58,641 nucleotides of DNA from a virus (IMGVR_UViG_3300032303_000399:1-58641); one strand, 5' to 3'. Counted from the stretch's first letter, positions 10,290 to 19,189 are shown. Notes: a model not told the origin generated them from the letters alone. Made by a program: numbers and translations.

Positions 10290-10805
10290 ATGATTCTTGA
10301 TTTAATTCCAGCAAATAGTCCAATTCTTAAACAGGAAATGGAACGTTTTGATTTTTCTAATCCGCCAGTAAATCCCCTAGATCTAGTTACGGATCTAGCC
10401 GAAACAATGCTACATCATAATGGTATTGGACTAGCAGCAAATCAATGTGGTCTTCCATACCGTGTATTTGTTATGAATGCAGATGAATTAATTCCTTGTT
10501 TTAATCCTATTATAGTACATTATGATCCTGATACTATTGTACTAGAGGAAGGGTGTCTGTCTAATCCTAATCTGTTTGTCAAGATTAAGCGCCCTCGTAC
10601 TATCAAGGTCCGTTATACGGAACCAGACGGAAATACTCTTACTCGTGTTTTTGATGGTATGACAGCAAGAATCTTTCAGCATGAATTATCTCATCTTAAC
10701 GGGGAGAATTATATCCGTCTCGCTTCTTCGTATCATAGAGAACAAGCACGCAGTCAACAGAAGAAAGCTAATCGACAAAATAAGGAACTACATTATGCCT
10801 ATTAA
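10290..10805 (+). CDS. def: Peptide deformylase
   Basis: GIGLAANQ, EGCLS and QHELSHLNG motifs. Confidence 0.93.
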   Translation: MILDLIPANSPILKQEMERFDFSNPPVNPLDLVTDLAETMLHHNGIGLAANQCGLPYRVFVMNADELIPCFNPIIVHYDPDTIVLEEGCLSNPNLFVKIKRPRTIKVRYTEPDGNTLTRVFDGMTARIFQHELSHLNGENYIRLASSYHREQARSQQKKANRQNKELHYAY

Positions 10806-11619
10806 AGTATCTGAACTATTTTATTCTATTCAGGGAGAGGGACGTTATATGGGCGTCCCTTCTATCTTCTTACGTACATTTGGTTGTAATTTCCATTGCC
10901 AGGGTTTTGGTATGCCTCGTGGAGAACTGTCACAGGAACGTGAAGCTATCGATCCTAAAGATTACAAGGAATATGGCAATCTGCCATTAGTTACTACAGG
11001 TTGTGATTCTTATGCGAGCTGGGATCCACGGTTTAAGCACCTAAGCCCTATGTTGGAAGTAGATGCTATTGTAGAACGTATTCATGAGCTACTACCACAT
11101 AAAGAATGGTTGGACGAGCATCTGGTTATTACAGGAGGAGAGCCTCTACTTGGTTGGCAGAAGCAATATATTGAACTTATTAGTAAGATGCCTGAACTAC
11201 AGGAAATTACATTCGAGACTAATGGCACACAAGAACTTAATTCGGAACTAGCTGATTATCTTAAGAGTGAATTTCATCCAGCAGCTATTACATTTTCTGT
11301 GTCGGCTAAGTTGCCTTGTTCTGGACATACTTTTGAAGAAGCTATTAAACCAGAGATTGTTGTAGATTATGAAAAGGTTGGTTACACTTATTTGAAGTTT
11401 GTTGTAGCAAACGAAGAAGATGTCGCTGATGCTGAGAAGGCTGTTGCAATGTATCGTGATGCTGGGTTTATTGGACCAGTATATCTAATGCCTGTAGGTG
11501 GTGTAGAATCTGTTTACACATTAAATAACAAGAACGTAGCACTTATGGCACTAGAACGTGGTTGGAGATACTCTGATCGTCTACAGGTTCCTCTCTTTAA
11601 GAACGCCTGGGCCACATAA
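10795..11619 (+). CDS. queE: 7-carboxy-7-deazaguanine synthase QueE (radical SAM)
   Basis: ELFYSIQGEG, FLRTFGCNFHC...CDS, ITGGEPLL, FETNGT and RLQV; in a cluster with queD, folE and queC. Confidence 0.93.
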   Translation: MPIKVSELFYSIQGEGRYMGVPSIFLRTFGCNFHCQGFGMPRGELSQEREAIDPKDYKEYGNLPLVTTGCDSYASWDPRFKHLSPMLEVDAIVERIHELLPHKEWLDEHLVITGGEPLLGWQKQYIELISKMPELQEITFETNGTQELNSELADYLKSEFHPAAITFSVSAKLPCSGHTFEEAIKPEIVVDYEKVGYTYLKFVVANEEDVADAEKAVAMYRDAGFIGPVYLMPVGGVESVYTLNNKNVALMALERGWRYSDRLQVPLFKNAWAT

Positions 11620-12236
11620 TGAAGTATAACTTTATTCTAGATTACGAGTCTATTGGAAACTTTGTTTTTGATTGTCCTGTAATTAATTGTGCGTACTTTG
11701 TTTTTGATTGGGAACGTTTTACTAGCGATAACCCATACACTTTTGAAGAACTTATCGAATCTATCAAGATGGATAAGTTTGATCTAGAAGATCAGAAAAA
11801 GTATGGTTACAAGCCTAAACAAGAAAACATCGACTGGTGGATGGGACAGAGTAAGGAAGCTCGTAAGCAACTGTTTCCAAGCGATAAAGATATTACACAA
11901 AAACAGTTTGTATCTAACATTACGAATTATCTAACACCGTATAAGATTGATTGCTGGTGGTCTAGAGCTAACTGTTTTGATCCAGTATTGTTGCAACGTC
12001 AGTTTGTTGATGTTTCTTCTAACGAAGATCTAAATAAACTACTCAAGTTCTGGAAGATGCGAGATATCAGAACATATATAGATACACGATTTAATTTCGA
12101 GAACAAAAAGAATGGATTTTGTCCCGAAGAAGATGAAAAAGCATGGGACGCTAAGTTCATTCTACATAACTCTATACATGACGTTGCAGCAGATATCTTA
12201 AGGCTACAACGCATTGAACGTTTAATCCATACCTAA
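11619..12236 (+). CDS. dexA: DexA-like DEDDh 3'-5' exonuclease
   Basis: LDYES, WWMGQ, FDPVLL, RDIRTYID and HNSIHDVAADIL. Confidence 0.8.
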   Translation: MKYNFILDYESIGNFVFDCPVINCAYFVFDWERFTSDNPYTFEELIESIKMDKFDLEDQKKYGYKPKQENIDWWMGQSKEARKQLFPSDKDITQKQFVSNITNYLTPYKIDCWWSRANCFDPVLLQRQFVDVSSNEDLNKLLKFWKMRDIRTYIDTRFNFENKKNGFCPEEDEKAWDAKFILHNSIHDVAADILRLQRIERLIHT

Positions 12237-12245
12237 GGAGTTTAA

Positions 12246-12731
12246 ATGATTGACCCAACTACTATTATAGATTATGAGTATAACGACTTTCGCAGCGGTA
12301 TCGATAAGATCGCCAAAGCTATCACAGCTTCGGGCTGGTCTCCTGACTATATCGTGGGTATTGTTCGTGGTGGCGCTGTCCCAGCAGTTTATCTATCTCA
12401 TAAGCTGAAGATTCCGGTACAGATGGTCCACTGGAATACAAGAGATACTACTATTTTTGATAAAGAATCTAACTGTTGGATTCCTGAAGATATACACAAC
12501 GGTAAAAAAGTTTTAATTGTTGATGATATTGTTGATGGCGGCGATACTATTCGGGAATTACTCGAAGACTGGTATCAATCTACTGCAGGACTAGGAGATT
12601 TACCTATTGACAATATTAGAATTTCTGCTATGATATATAATACATCACAAGATGTTAAAGTAGATTTTTACGATCGTACTATAGATCGTAACGAGGATTC
12701 CCGGTGGGTAATCTTTCCATGGGAAGCGTAA
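12246..12731 (+). CDS. Type I purine phosphoribosyltransferase (Gpt-like)
   Basis: GIVRGG, PRPP-binding LIVDDIVDGGDT and WVIFPWE C-terminus. Confidence 0.9.
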   Translation: MIDPTTIIDYEYNDFRSGIDKIAKAITASGWSPDYIVGIVRGGAVPAVYLSHKLKIPVQMVHWNTRDTTIFDKESNCWIPEDIHNGKKVLIVDDIVDGGDTIRELLEDWYQSTAGLGDLPIDNIRISAMIYNTSQDVKVDFYDRTIDRNEDSRWVIFPWEA

Positions 12732-12772
12732 GCGGTCTTAACAGCATCATCCCGCTATACTAAATTCTGCTG
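12731..12772 (+). ncRNA. Candidate preQ1-I-like riboswitch / H-type pseudoknot upstream of queD
   Basis: AGCGG(12731-35) pairs with CCGCT(12752-56); CAGCA(12742-46) pairs with TGCTG(12768-72); CAUCCC before the P1 3' strand and an A-rich tail resemble preQ1-I aptamers. Confidence 0.5.
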
Positions 12773-12800
12773 CTCTATTAACCTAATAGGGGAATACAAT

Positions 12801-13253
12801 ATGCCATATTATAGTACAAAACATTATGGACACAACATTGGTCTTTCGGCTGTATTTCGGCAACCGAACGCAGATCATTCGCATTGCCATTTACTTCATG
12901 GGTATAGCCTTGCATTTACCTTTAAGTTTGGTTGTGATGAACTAGACAATAAGAATTGGGCAGTTGACTTCGGCGGTCTTAAGCAAATTAAGGCGTGGCT
13001 AGAAGATAATTTCGACCATAAGGTCGCAGTTGATATTAATGACCCGCACTTAGATAAGTTAAAGGAACTCGAAGCACTTGATCTTGCAGAGCTTCGTATC
13101 TTTGACGGAGTAGGCGCAGAAAAGTTTGCATACCACGCATTCCAGTATGCAGACAAATTAATCCGTGAAAAGACTAACAACCGTTGTTGGGTGCAGTCAG
13201 TAGAGTGTGCCGAACATGGTGCTAACTCAGCAATTTATGAAAAGGAAGATTGA
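12801..13253 (+). CDS. queD: 6-carboxytetrahydropterin synthase QueD
   Basis: HCHLLHGYS, VDFGGLK, FDH and EHGANSAIY. Confidence 0.93.
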   Translation: MPYYSTKHYGHNIGLSAVFRQPNADHSHCHLLHGYSLAFTFKFGCDELDNKNWAVDFGGLKQIKAWLEDNFDHKVAVDINDPHLDKLKELEALDLAELRIFDGVGAEKFAYHAFQYADKLIREKTNNRCWVQSVECAEHGANSAIYEKED

Positions 13254-13255
13254 TT

Positions 13256-13417
13256 ATGAAATATCCAGACCCTAAGAAGCATCAGCTCGTATCGTTCGTC
13301 AAGAGCGGTCTACGTATTGCTGGATGTGTATGTGCAATTTCTAGTGGCGGTATCGTTGGGCTTGCAATTGCATTGTTGTTGGCTGAACTTGTTGGCATCT
13401 ACGAAGAATTAGTTTAA
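13256..13417 (+). CDS. Small membrane protein (53 aa; MKYPDPKKHQLVSFVKSGLRI...LVGIYEELV)
   Basis: Translated by hand; hydrophobic C-terminal half; fills the queD-folE gap. Confidence 0.7.
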   Translation: MKYPDPKKHQLVSFVKSGLRIAGCVCAISSGGIVGLAIALLLAELVGIYEELV

Positions 13418-13433
13418 TTTTTTTTGTATCTGC

Positions 13434-13462
13434 TTGACAGAAATTGCTAAATACACTATAAC
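13434..13462 (+). promoter_or_regulatory. sigma70-type promoter for folE-dpdA-PLP enzyme-queC
   Basis: TTGACA-N17-TATAAC. Confidence 0.65.
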
Positions 13463-13492
13463 AAGTAATATTGTACAGCAGAAGGAGTTAAT

Positions 13493-14158
13493 ATGAAAAC
13501 TGATTACGAACTAGGCAAGAAGGTAAATGCGTATTTGGTATCTAAGGGTGTAGAAACACCTGTAGTTCTGGATATGTTGAATGTATCTGACAAGAGTAAG
13601 ATTACAAAGATCGAAAAGAACTTCCGTAATATTATGGAAACACTTGGGTTGGATCTGACTGATGATAGTCTTGTAGATACACCTACTCGTGTTGCTAAGA
13701 TGTATGTTAACGAAATCTTTCGTGGTCTTAACTACGAGCAGTTTCCTAAGTGTACTGTAGTAGAGAACAAGATGAAGTACGACGAAATGGTTGTAGAAAA
13801 GAACATTACAGCAATTTCTTCTTGCGAACATCACTTTGTTACTATTGATCAGAAGGTACACATTGCTTACATTCCAGCAGATAAGGTTCTTGGTCTTAGT
13901 AAGCTAAATCGTATTGCAAAGTTCTTTGCGCATCGTCCACAGATTCAGGAACGTTATGCTGAACAGTTGTTCTATGCACTAGAATGTATTCTGGAAACTA
14001 GCAACATTGCTGTTGTTGTTACTGGTAAGCATTATTGTGTTGCACAGCGTGGTGTAGAGGATACTAGCTCTTATACTATTACAAGCAAGCTAGGTGGTTT
14101 CTTTAAGTCGGACTCTTCTGTTCGCAAGGAATTTATGGATTTGGTAAACAGCAAATGA
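13493..14158 (+). CDS. folE: GTP cyclohydrolase I
   Basis: TPTRVAKMY, CEHHF, VLGLSKLNR, PQIQER and HYCVAQRGV. Confidence 0.97.
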   Translation: MKTDYELGKKVNAYLVSKGVETPVVLDMLNVSDKSKITKIEKNFRNIMETLGLDLTDDSLVDTPTRVAKMYVNEIFRGLNYEQFPKCTVVENKMKYDEMVVEKNITAISSCEHHFVTIDQKVHIAYIPADKVLGLSKLNRIAKFFAHRPQIQERYAEQLFYALECILETSNIAVVVTGKHYCVAQRGVEDTSSYTITSKLGGFFKSDSSVRKEFMDLVNSK

Positions 14159-15456
14159 GATTAGAATATGTGCTTTCTGGGTTGTCGCACACAAAGATAA
14201 CCACGCCGTACTTTGACGCCCCTGTCCTTGTTGACATGGGGCGTCAAGCTCTGAAATACGTATCCAACAATACAGATCATGATCTTGGACTATTGTTTAA
14301 CGCAATGGTCGAACCTTCTTTTCCTAAGAAGTTTGAAAATTATCGTGATTGTGTAAAGTATATTCATAGTGACTCTGGTGGACTACAGTTAGCACAGAAG
14401 GGTAAGCCTCTTACACCTGATGTAGAAGCAAAGATCTACAAGACACAGGCTCTTAACTCTAATATCTCGATGAGTATTGATAAAATTCCATTGGAAATTA
14501 TTCCAGGAATGGGCGATCCTCGTACAGATATGAATGCTAAGCGCTTTGTTGTCTCTGAGAACAAAGATGCCGGTATTGAATCTGGAAAGAATTTGTATAG
14601 ACAGATTCAGGCATTTAAAAAGTATCGTATAGACGATACTAAAAACTACGATAGCAAGCCTCTAATGATTATTCAGGGTAATGCTCTAGAAGATTACATC
14701 GAGTACTTCGATAACATTCTAGCACAGATTCCTGAAGAAGACTACTGTATGATTGGAGGCTATGCTCTCGCGGGTTCTGCTATTGGTATTGGCACTCTAG
14801 AAGCTATGGACACTCTGTTCTCGTTTCTAGCTCTTGACAAGCCAAAACAGATTCCAAAGAAGATCCACTTGCTGGGGTATGGATCTGTACAGCGTCTTAT
14901 GCCAGTTCTTTCACTGAAGGAAACATTCTTTAGTGATTATGAAATTAGTTACGACTCTACTACACACACTTCTAAGTATAACTTTGGTGGTGTATTGGGA
15001 GAACATGGCGGAGACGTTTCTTTTGGTATGCAGGACAATCCAGAGGGACGTGAAGTATTTGGTAGAGTTTATGATAGGTTTGCCGATGCTATTAAGTCTA
15101 GTCTAGGTGTAGACAGACAGCGTTGGGTAGACGTTATCGTAAGTGAACTTACTGGTTCTACACGTTACCATCCTTCGGACGAGGCAGGTATTATCCACCG
15201 CAGTGGTCCACTCATGTGTTCGTTGTATTCTGCTTACAACTTTATTAAACTAGTTGACAAGACAGAAAAGAATATTCGCACATCTAAGCATTCGTTTACT
15301 GGTGTGCTACATAATATTCAACAGAACGTAAAGAGCCCGGAACACTGGTTCGAAGAATATCGTGATAAGGTTAGCATTCATTTACCGTCTAACCGGATTA
15401 AAAGGATTGACTTTAGAGGAAACTACGGTAATAATTTGGATAGTTTCTTCGATTGA
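14155..15456 (+). CDS. dpdA: TGT-fold DNA-guanine transglycosylase (DpdA-like)
   Basis: HSDSGGLQ (TGT DSGG motif), SID, IIQG, IHLLG and SYDSTTH; coupled to folE inside the que cluster. Confidence 0.75.
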   Translation: MRLEYVLSGLSHTKITTPYFDAPVLVDMGRQALKYVSNNTDHDLGLLFNAMVEPSFPKKFENYRDCVKYIHSDSGGLQLAQKGKPLTPDVEAKIYKTQALNSNISMSIDKIPLEIIPGMGDPRTDMNAKRFVVSENKDAGIESGKNLYRQIQAFKKYRIDDTKNYDSKPLMIIQGNALEDYIEYFDNILAQIPEEDYCMIGGYALAGSAIGIGTLEAMDTLFSFLALDKPKQIPKKIHLLGYGSVQRLMPVLSLKETFFSDYEISYDSTTHTSKYNFGGVLGEHGGDVSFGMQDNPEGREVFGRVYDRFADAIKSSLGVDRQRWVDVIVSELTGSTRYHPSDEAGIIHRSGPLMCSLYSAYNFIKLVDKTEKNIRTSKHSFTGVLHNIQQNVKSPEHWFEEYRDKVSIHLPSNRIKRIDFRGNYGNNLDSFFD

Positions 15457-15471
15457 TAAAGGAATTAAAAA

Positions 15472-16317
15472 TTGTTTGGACCTTCAGCACTACCTATTGA
15501 ATACTCGCATCGTTGTGAGTCTTTCCACATATTGTATCGCAATACTGTAAATCTCTTTAAGCAGAAGTTTAACCTGCCTGAAGAAACAATCGTTCTGCTA
15601 GTTACTGGTTCTGGTACAGTAGCAAACGAAATCGTTATGTACTCTATGAAAAACTATCCCGATGTGGTAACAGAGGGTGGTTTCTCTTCTCGTCTAAAAG
15701 ATAATACTTTCCACCACCTTGTGGGTCCTATTCCGGACGAAGAAACTTCTACTGTAGGTGTTCAGTACGAGACTGGTATTTCTAAGTTCTATGACAATCT
15801 GGACGTGGATTTCGCAGATTGTGTTTCTGCTTTTCCATATCATGATCCAGTAGGCAAAGTGTGGACCACTGTTTCTTTTAAGCAATTGGGCTCGGTGACA
15901 GGATTATCCTTGATTGTTATTAAGAATGAAGCTACAATGAAGGAACTGTTTAGGGAAACAGAACCTACTTACCTGTCTCTAATGAAGTATTACGATGCTT
16001 CGCTTAAAAACGAAACACCTAATACACCTGCTGTATCTGCTATTGAACATTTTTACGATATATTGGTAGATTTTGATCTGGATAAGCATCGTAAAACTAT
16101 TGATACACGTTATGGCATTATTAAAGATCTCCTTGCAGTTAAAGGCATAGAGACTAAAGGCATAGAACCTGTGCTTACTGTTGTAACAACTCCTGAAGTT
16201 CGTGAACGTCTAAAGAAGTTTAAACTATATGGTAACTCTGGAGACCTACAAATCTTTACTTGGACAGGTACAGATGAACAATATGAAAACTTTTATAAGG
16301 AACTAATGGCACTATGA
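15472..16317 (+). CDS. PLP-dependent class V aminotransferase-like enzyme
   Basis: FGP, SHR, TGSGT.ANE, YET, DCVSAF, TVSFKQLGSVTGLS (Schiff-base Lys) and TPNTPAV; TTG start with AAGGA RBS. Confidence 0.8.
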   Translation: MFGPSALPIEYSHRCESFHILYRNTVNLFKQKFNLPEETIVLLVTGSGTVANEIVMYSMKNYPDVVTEGGFSSRLKDNTFHHLVGPIPDEETSTVGVQYETGISKFYDNLDVDFADCVSAFPYHDPVGKVWTTVSFKQLGSVTGLSLIVIKNEATMKELFRETEPTYLSLMKYYDASLKNETPNTPAVSAIEHFYDILVDFDLDKHRKTIDTRYGIIKDLLAVKGIETKGIEPVLTVVTTPEVRERLKKFKLYGNSGDLQIFTWTGTDEQYENFYKELMAL

Positions 16318-16955
16318 AGGTACTAAGTCAGCTATCTGGAGGCATTGACTCTGTAGGATCTACACTAAAGATCGCAGAGTCTGGTGTCGTGTTCGGAACA
16401 ATCTTCTTTGATCTTGAACAGGCATATGTCGCCCAAGAATCTCTCGCTGTAGACTATTTCGTAGAATACTTGAAAGAAAACTATCCAGACACATATACGG
16501 GTCATTATTATTCTGAAGTGTTTATGGATACCTTTTCCCCGGATCCGAACACACCTTCGGAATACATTCCGGTACGCAACTTTGTTCTGGGTGCTATGTC
16601 TGTTAACAAGGCACTAGCAAATGGCTTTGACACGATTGCCGTAGGCTCTAAGACTGTTAAGGTACGTCCTGGAGATCCGTATTCGTTCTCGGATTGCTCT
16701 ATTGAGTTCTTCCAGAAGATGTCTGATATTGCCACATTCTGTTCTGAGAACCAGAAGGTAGAGTTTATTATGCCTCTTATTGATGGCGAAACTCCGATGA
16801 CTAAACAGGAAGTTATTAAATATCTTATTGATAATGATGTAGATGTATCTCGACTGTGGTCTTGTTACAATGGTGAAGTTGACAAGCATTGTGGTGTATG
16901 TTATCATTGTCAAGAGATTAAGAAGACTGGTTATTGGGACTACTTCTCTCGTTAA
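16314..16955 (+). CDS. queC: 7-cyano-7-deazaguanine synthase QueC
   Basis: SGGIDS PP-loop, YIPVRN, SDC and WSCY...CGVCYHC zinc site. Confidence 0.9.
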   Translation: MKVLSQLSGGIDSVGSTLKIAESGVVFGTIFFDLEQAYVAQESLAVDYFVEYLKENYPDTYTGHYYSEVFMDTFSPDPNTPSEYIPVRNFVLGAMSVNKALANGFDTIAVGSKTVKVRPGDPYSFSDCSIEFFQKMSDIATFCSENQKVEFIMPLIDGETPMTKQEVIKYLIDNDVDVSRLWSCYNGEVDKHCGVCYHCQEIKKTGYWDYFSR

Positions 16956-16970
16956 TGGAGATACTTTGTT

Positions 16971-17381
16971 ATGACGCGTATTAATTCGGACATTGATCCG
17001 AGAACGTTGAAGCGTGCGCATTTGATTGCTGAAATCCGTGAAATTACTATGGTACCTGCTTCTCTTAAGCGTAGTCTTAAGACACGTAAGAAAACTGATA
17101 TTGTAAAAGAAATTCCTAAAGAGTTTACTCTTAATAAGGGACATGTAAAGTTCTTTTATGATAAGCTAGGCTTTCTACAGAAGCGCTTTAACAAACTAGC
17201 AGACGAAATGGAACGACGAGGCTATAAACCTGATCGTAGTCGTATTCTATATTTTGATGGTTTCGATACTTGCTGGTACAAAGATTGGTCTGCAACACAA
17301 GTGGACAATAACATCGTTCTTGCCCGTATTAATGCGCGCATAGCACAAAAGCCACACCTGTATACTGACGTATTGGACTAA
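16971..17381 (+). CDS. denV: Pyrimidine-dimer DNA glycosylase (endonuclease V)
   Basis: MTRIN, HLIAEIREI, FTLNKGHVKFFYDKL and EMERRG. Confidence 0.92.
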   Translation: MTRINSDIDPRTLKRAHLIAEIREITMVPASLKRSLKTRKKTDIVKEIPKEFTLNKGHVKFFYDKLGFLQKRFNKLADEMERRGYKPDRSRILYFDGFDTCWYKDWSATQVDNNIVLARINARIAQKPHLYTDVLD

Positions 17382-17383
17382 AT

Positions 17384-17872
17384 GTGGATAAGAAATTCAC
17401 ATACGCTAAATTAGTCGGTAATGTAGGAGAGGCTTTTACCTTAGGTTATCTACGTTCAGAATACAAAGATTGTATGGTAGAAACTGTAGAAGAGTACTAC
17501 GGTAAAGGTTATAGGTGGAATAATATGTGTCTGCCTGATGTTCTTATTACACCACCTGAAGGTCGTAAGACACTTGTAGAAGTTAAGTGTAAGAAAGGCT
17601 GGAAGGGTATGATGAATATCGAGCTTAAAGATGTCAAAGACTACCTAAAGATCGCTGAACTGAAGGATTGTAATTTCTTTCTTCTATTCTTTTTTCTATA
17701 CGACAACTATGTGTATAAGTTGTCTGTAGAAGATCTTAAAAAACCTACAACTAAAGAACGTAATTTTAACGGAGTGGAATTCCTCTGCTACGACCCAGAA
17801 GGTAAAGATAAGTTTATTGAGAATCCGGTTCCAGCAGGAATCTTTAATCGAGATATTATGGAACATATCTAG
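17384..17872 (+). CDS. PD-(D/E)XK restriction-endonuclease-like nuclease
   Basis: GNVGE helix, LPD and LVEVKCK catalytic pattern. Confidence 0.7.
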   Translation: MDKKFTYAKLVGNVGEAFTLGYLRSEYKDCMVETVEEYYGKGYRWNNMCLPDVLITPPEGRKTLVEVKCKKGWKGMMNIELKDVKDYLKIAELKDCNFFLLFFFLYDNYVYKLSVEDLKKPTTKERNFNGVEFLCYDPEGKDKFIENPVPAGIFNRDIMEHI

Positions 17873-17881
17873 GAGAAAATA

Positions 17882-18184
17882 ATGGCAGAGAAGAAAATCG
17901 GATATAAATATAATGAAGGCAATGCACTTCAAGAGATCACCGAATACATCAATAATACCTACGGTGAACACTACTCCAAAAACAAATATCAAGCAACCGA
18001 GTTTATCATAGACAATGGTCATGGTACCGGTTTTTGCATTGGTAATGTGCTCAAGTACGCACAGCGATATGGTCGCAAGGGAGATCCAAACGAATGGCGC
18101 AAAGACCTTCTGAAGGTAATCCACTACGCTATCATCCAACTTCACGTACATGATACCTCTACATTTGAAAATAAGGTTATTTAA
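17882..18184 (+). CDS. DUF3310-like protein
   Basis: TYGEHY, GFCIGNVLKYAQRYGRKG and DLLKVIHYA. Confidence 0.75.
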   Translation: MAEKKIGYKYNEGNALQEITEYINNTYGEHYSKNKYQATEFIIDNGHGTGFCIGNVLKYAQRYGRKGDPNEWRKDLLKVIHYAIIQLHVHDTSTFENKVI

Positions 18185-18186
18185 TA

Positions 18187-19170
18187 ATGAGTGATAATAT
18201 AGAAATTAAACTACCAATTGAAGAACTACAGAAGCGCAAGTTGTTTGTAGCAGCGCCTATGTATGGCGGACAATGCGCAGGTATGTTTGCACGTTCAGTT
18301 GCAGATCTTTCAGCGTTGTGTACACATTACGGTATTCAAGTTCGTTTCTACTTTCTTTTTAATGAAAGTTTGATTACGAGAGCTAGAAACTACTGCGCAG
18401 ACGAGTTCCTACGTTCAGGTGATACACACATGATGTTTATTGACTCTGACATCGGCTTTAATGCTCGGGATGTTATTGCCCTTCTAGCACTACAAGATCC
18501 TGATGATACGCAAGATAATTATGACGTATTAGCTGGACCTTATCCGAAAAAGTGTATATCATGGGAAAAGATTAAGACGGCTGTAGACAAGGGCTTCGCC
18601 GACGATAATCCAGCAGATCTAGAAAAATATGTGGGCGACTATGTATTTAATCCTGCAAGCGGCTCCGGTTCTATTCCTCTTAATCAGCCTGTTGAAGTTC
18701 TCGAAGCAGGAACTGGGTTTATGATGATTCGCCGCCGTACACTAGAGAAGTTTCAGGAACTATATCCTGAAAAGCTATACAGGCCAGACCATGTTCGTAC
18801 AGAACATTTTGATGGTAGCCGTGAAATTATGGCATTCTTTGATACACCTATTGACGGTAAGCGTACTAACATTACTAATGAACTAAAGGCTTTCTTGGAA
18901 CAGAATCCACAAGCCACCCACGAACAGGTTCTCAATTTTGTTACAGATCCGAATAACGGTGTTATTAAGGAATATACTAAGCGTTACCTATCAGAAGACT
19001 ATATGTTCTGTCAGTGGGTTCGTAATGCAGGTATGAAGGTTTGGTTCTGTCCTTGGATGCAACTACAGCACGTAGGTATGTACGTCTTTGGAGGATCTTT
19101 AGTTGATCTTGCACAAATAGGGGCATCTGCTACAGCAGACCCATCACAATTGAAGAAGTTCAAGAATTAA
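18187..19170 (+). CDS. GT-A-fold glycosyltransferase-like protein conserved in T4-like phages
   Basis: PMYGG, NESLITRARN, FIDSDI, GTGFMMI and YLSEDYMFC. Confidence 0.7.
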   Translation: MSDNIEIKLPIEELQKRKLFVAAPMYGGQCAGMFARSVADLSALCTHYGIQVRFYFLFNESLITRARNYCADEFLRSGDTHMMFIDSDIGFNARDVIALLALQDPDDTQDNYDVLAGPYPKKCISWEKIKTAVDKGFADDNPADLEKYVGDYVFNPASGSGSIPLNQPVEVLEAGTGFMMIRRRTLEKFQELYPEKLYRPDHVRTEHFDGSREIMAFFDTPIDGKRTNITNELKAFLEQNPQATHEQVLNFVTDPNNGVIKEYTKRYLSEDYMFCQWVRNAGMKVWFCPWMQLQHVGMYVFGGSLVDLAQIGASATADPSQLKKFKN

Positions 19171-19189
19171 TTTTTGAAAGGACTATATT

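Noticed and set aside
14155-15456. Ordinary tRNA-guanine transglycosylase for queuosine
   Set aside because: No CxCxxC zinc motif was seen, no queF or queA is in the window, the sequence is highly divergent, and it lies among DNA metabolism genes. DpdA is preferred, but a tRNA role is not formally excluded.
15472-16317. Cysteine desulfurase (DndA/IscS) implying phosphorothioation
   Set aside because: It lacks the C-terminal catalytic Cys loop, and no dnd genes are present.
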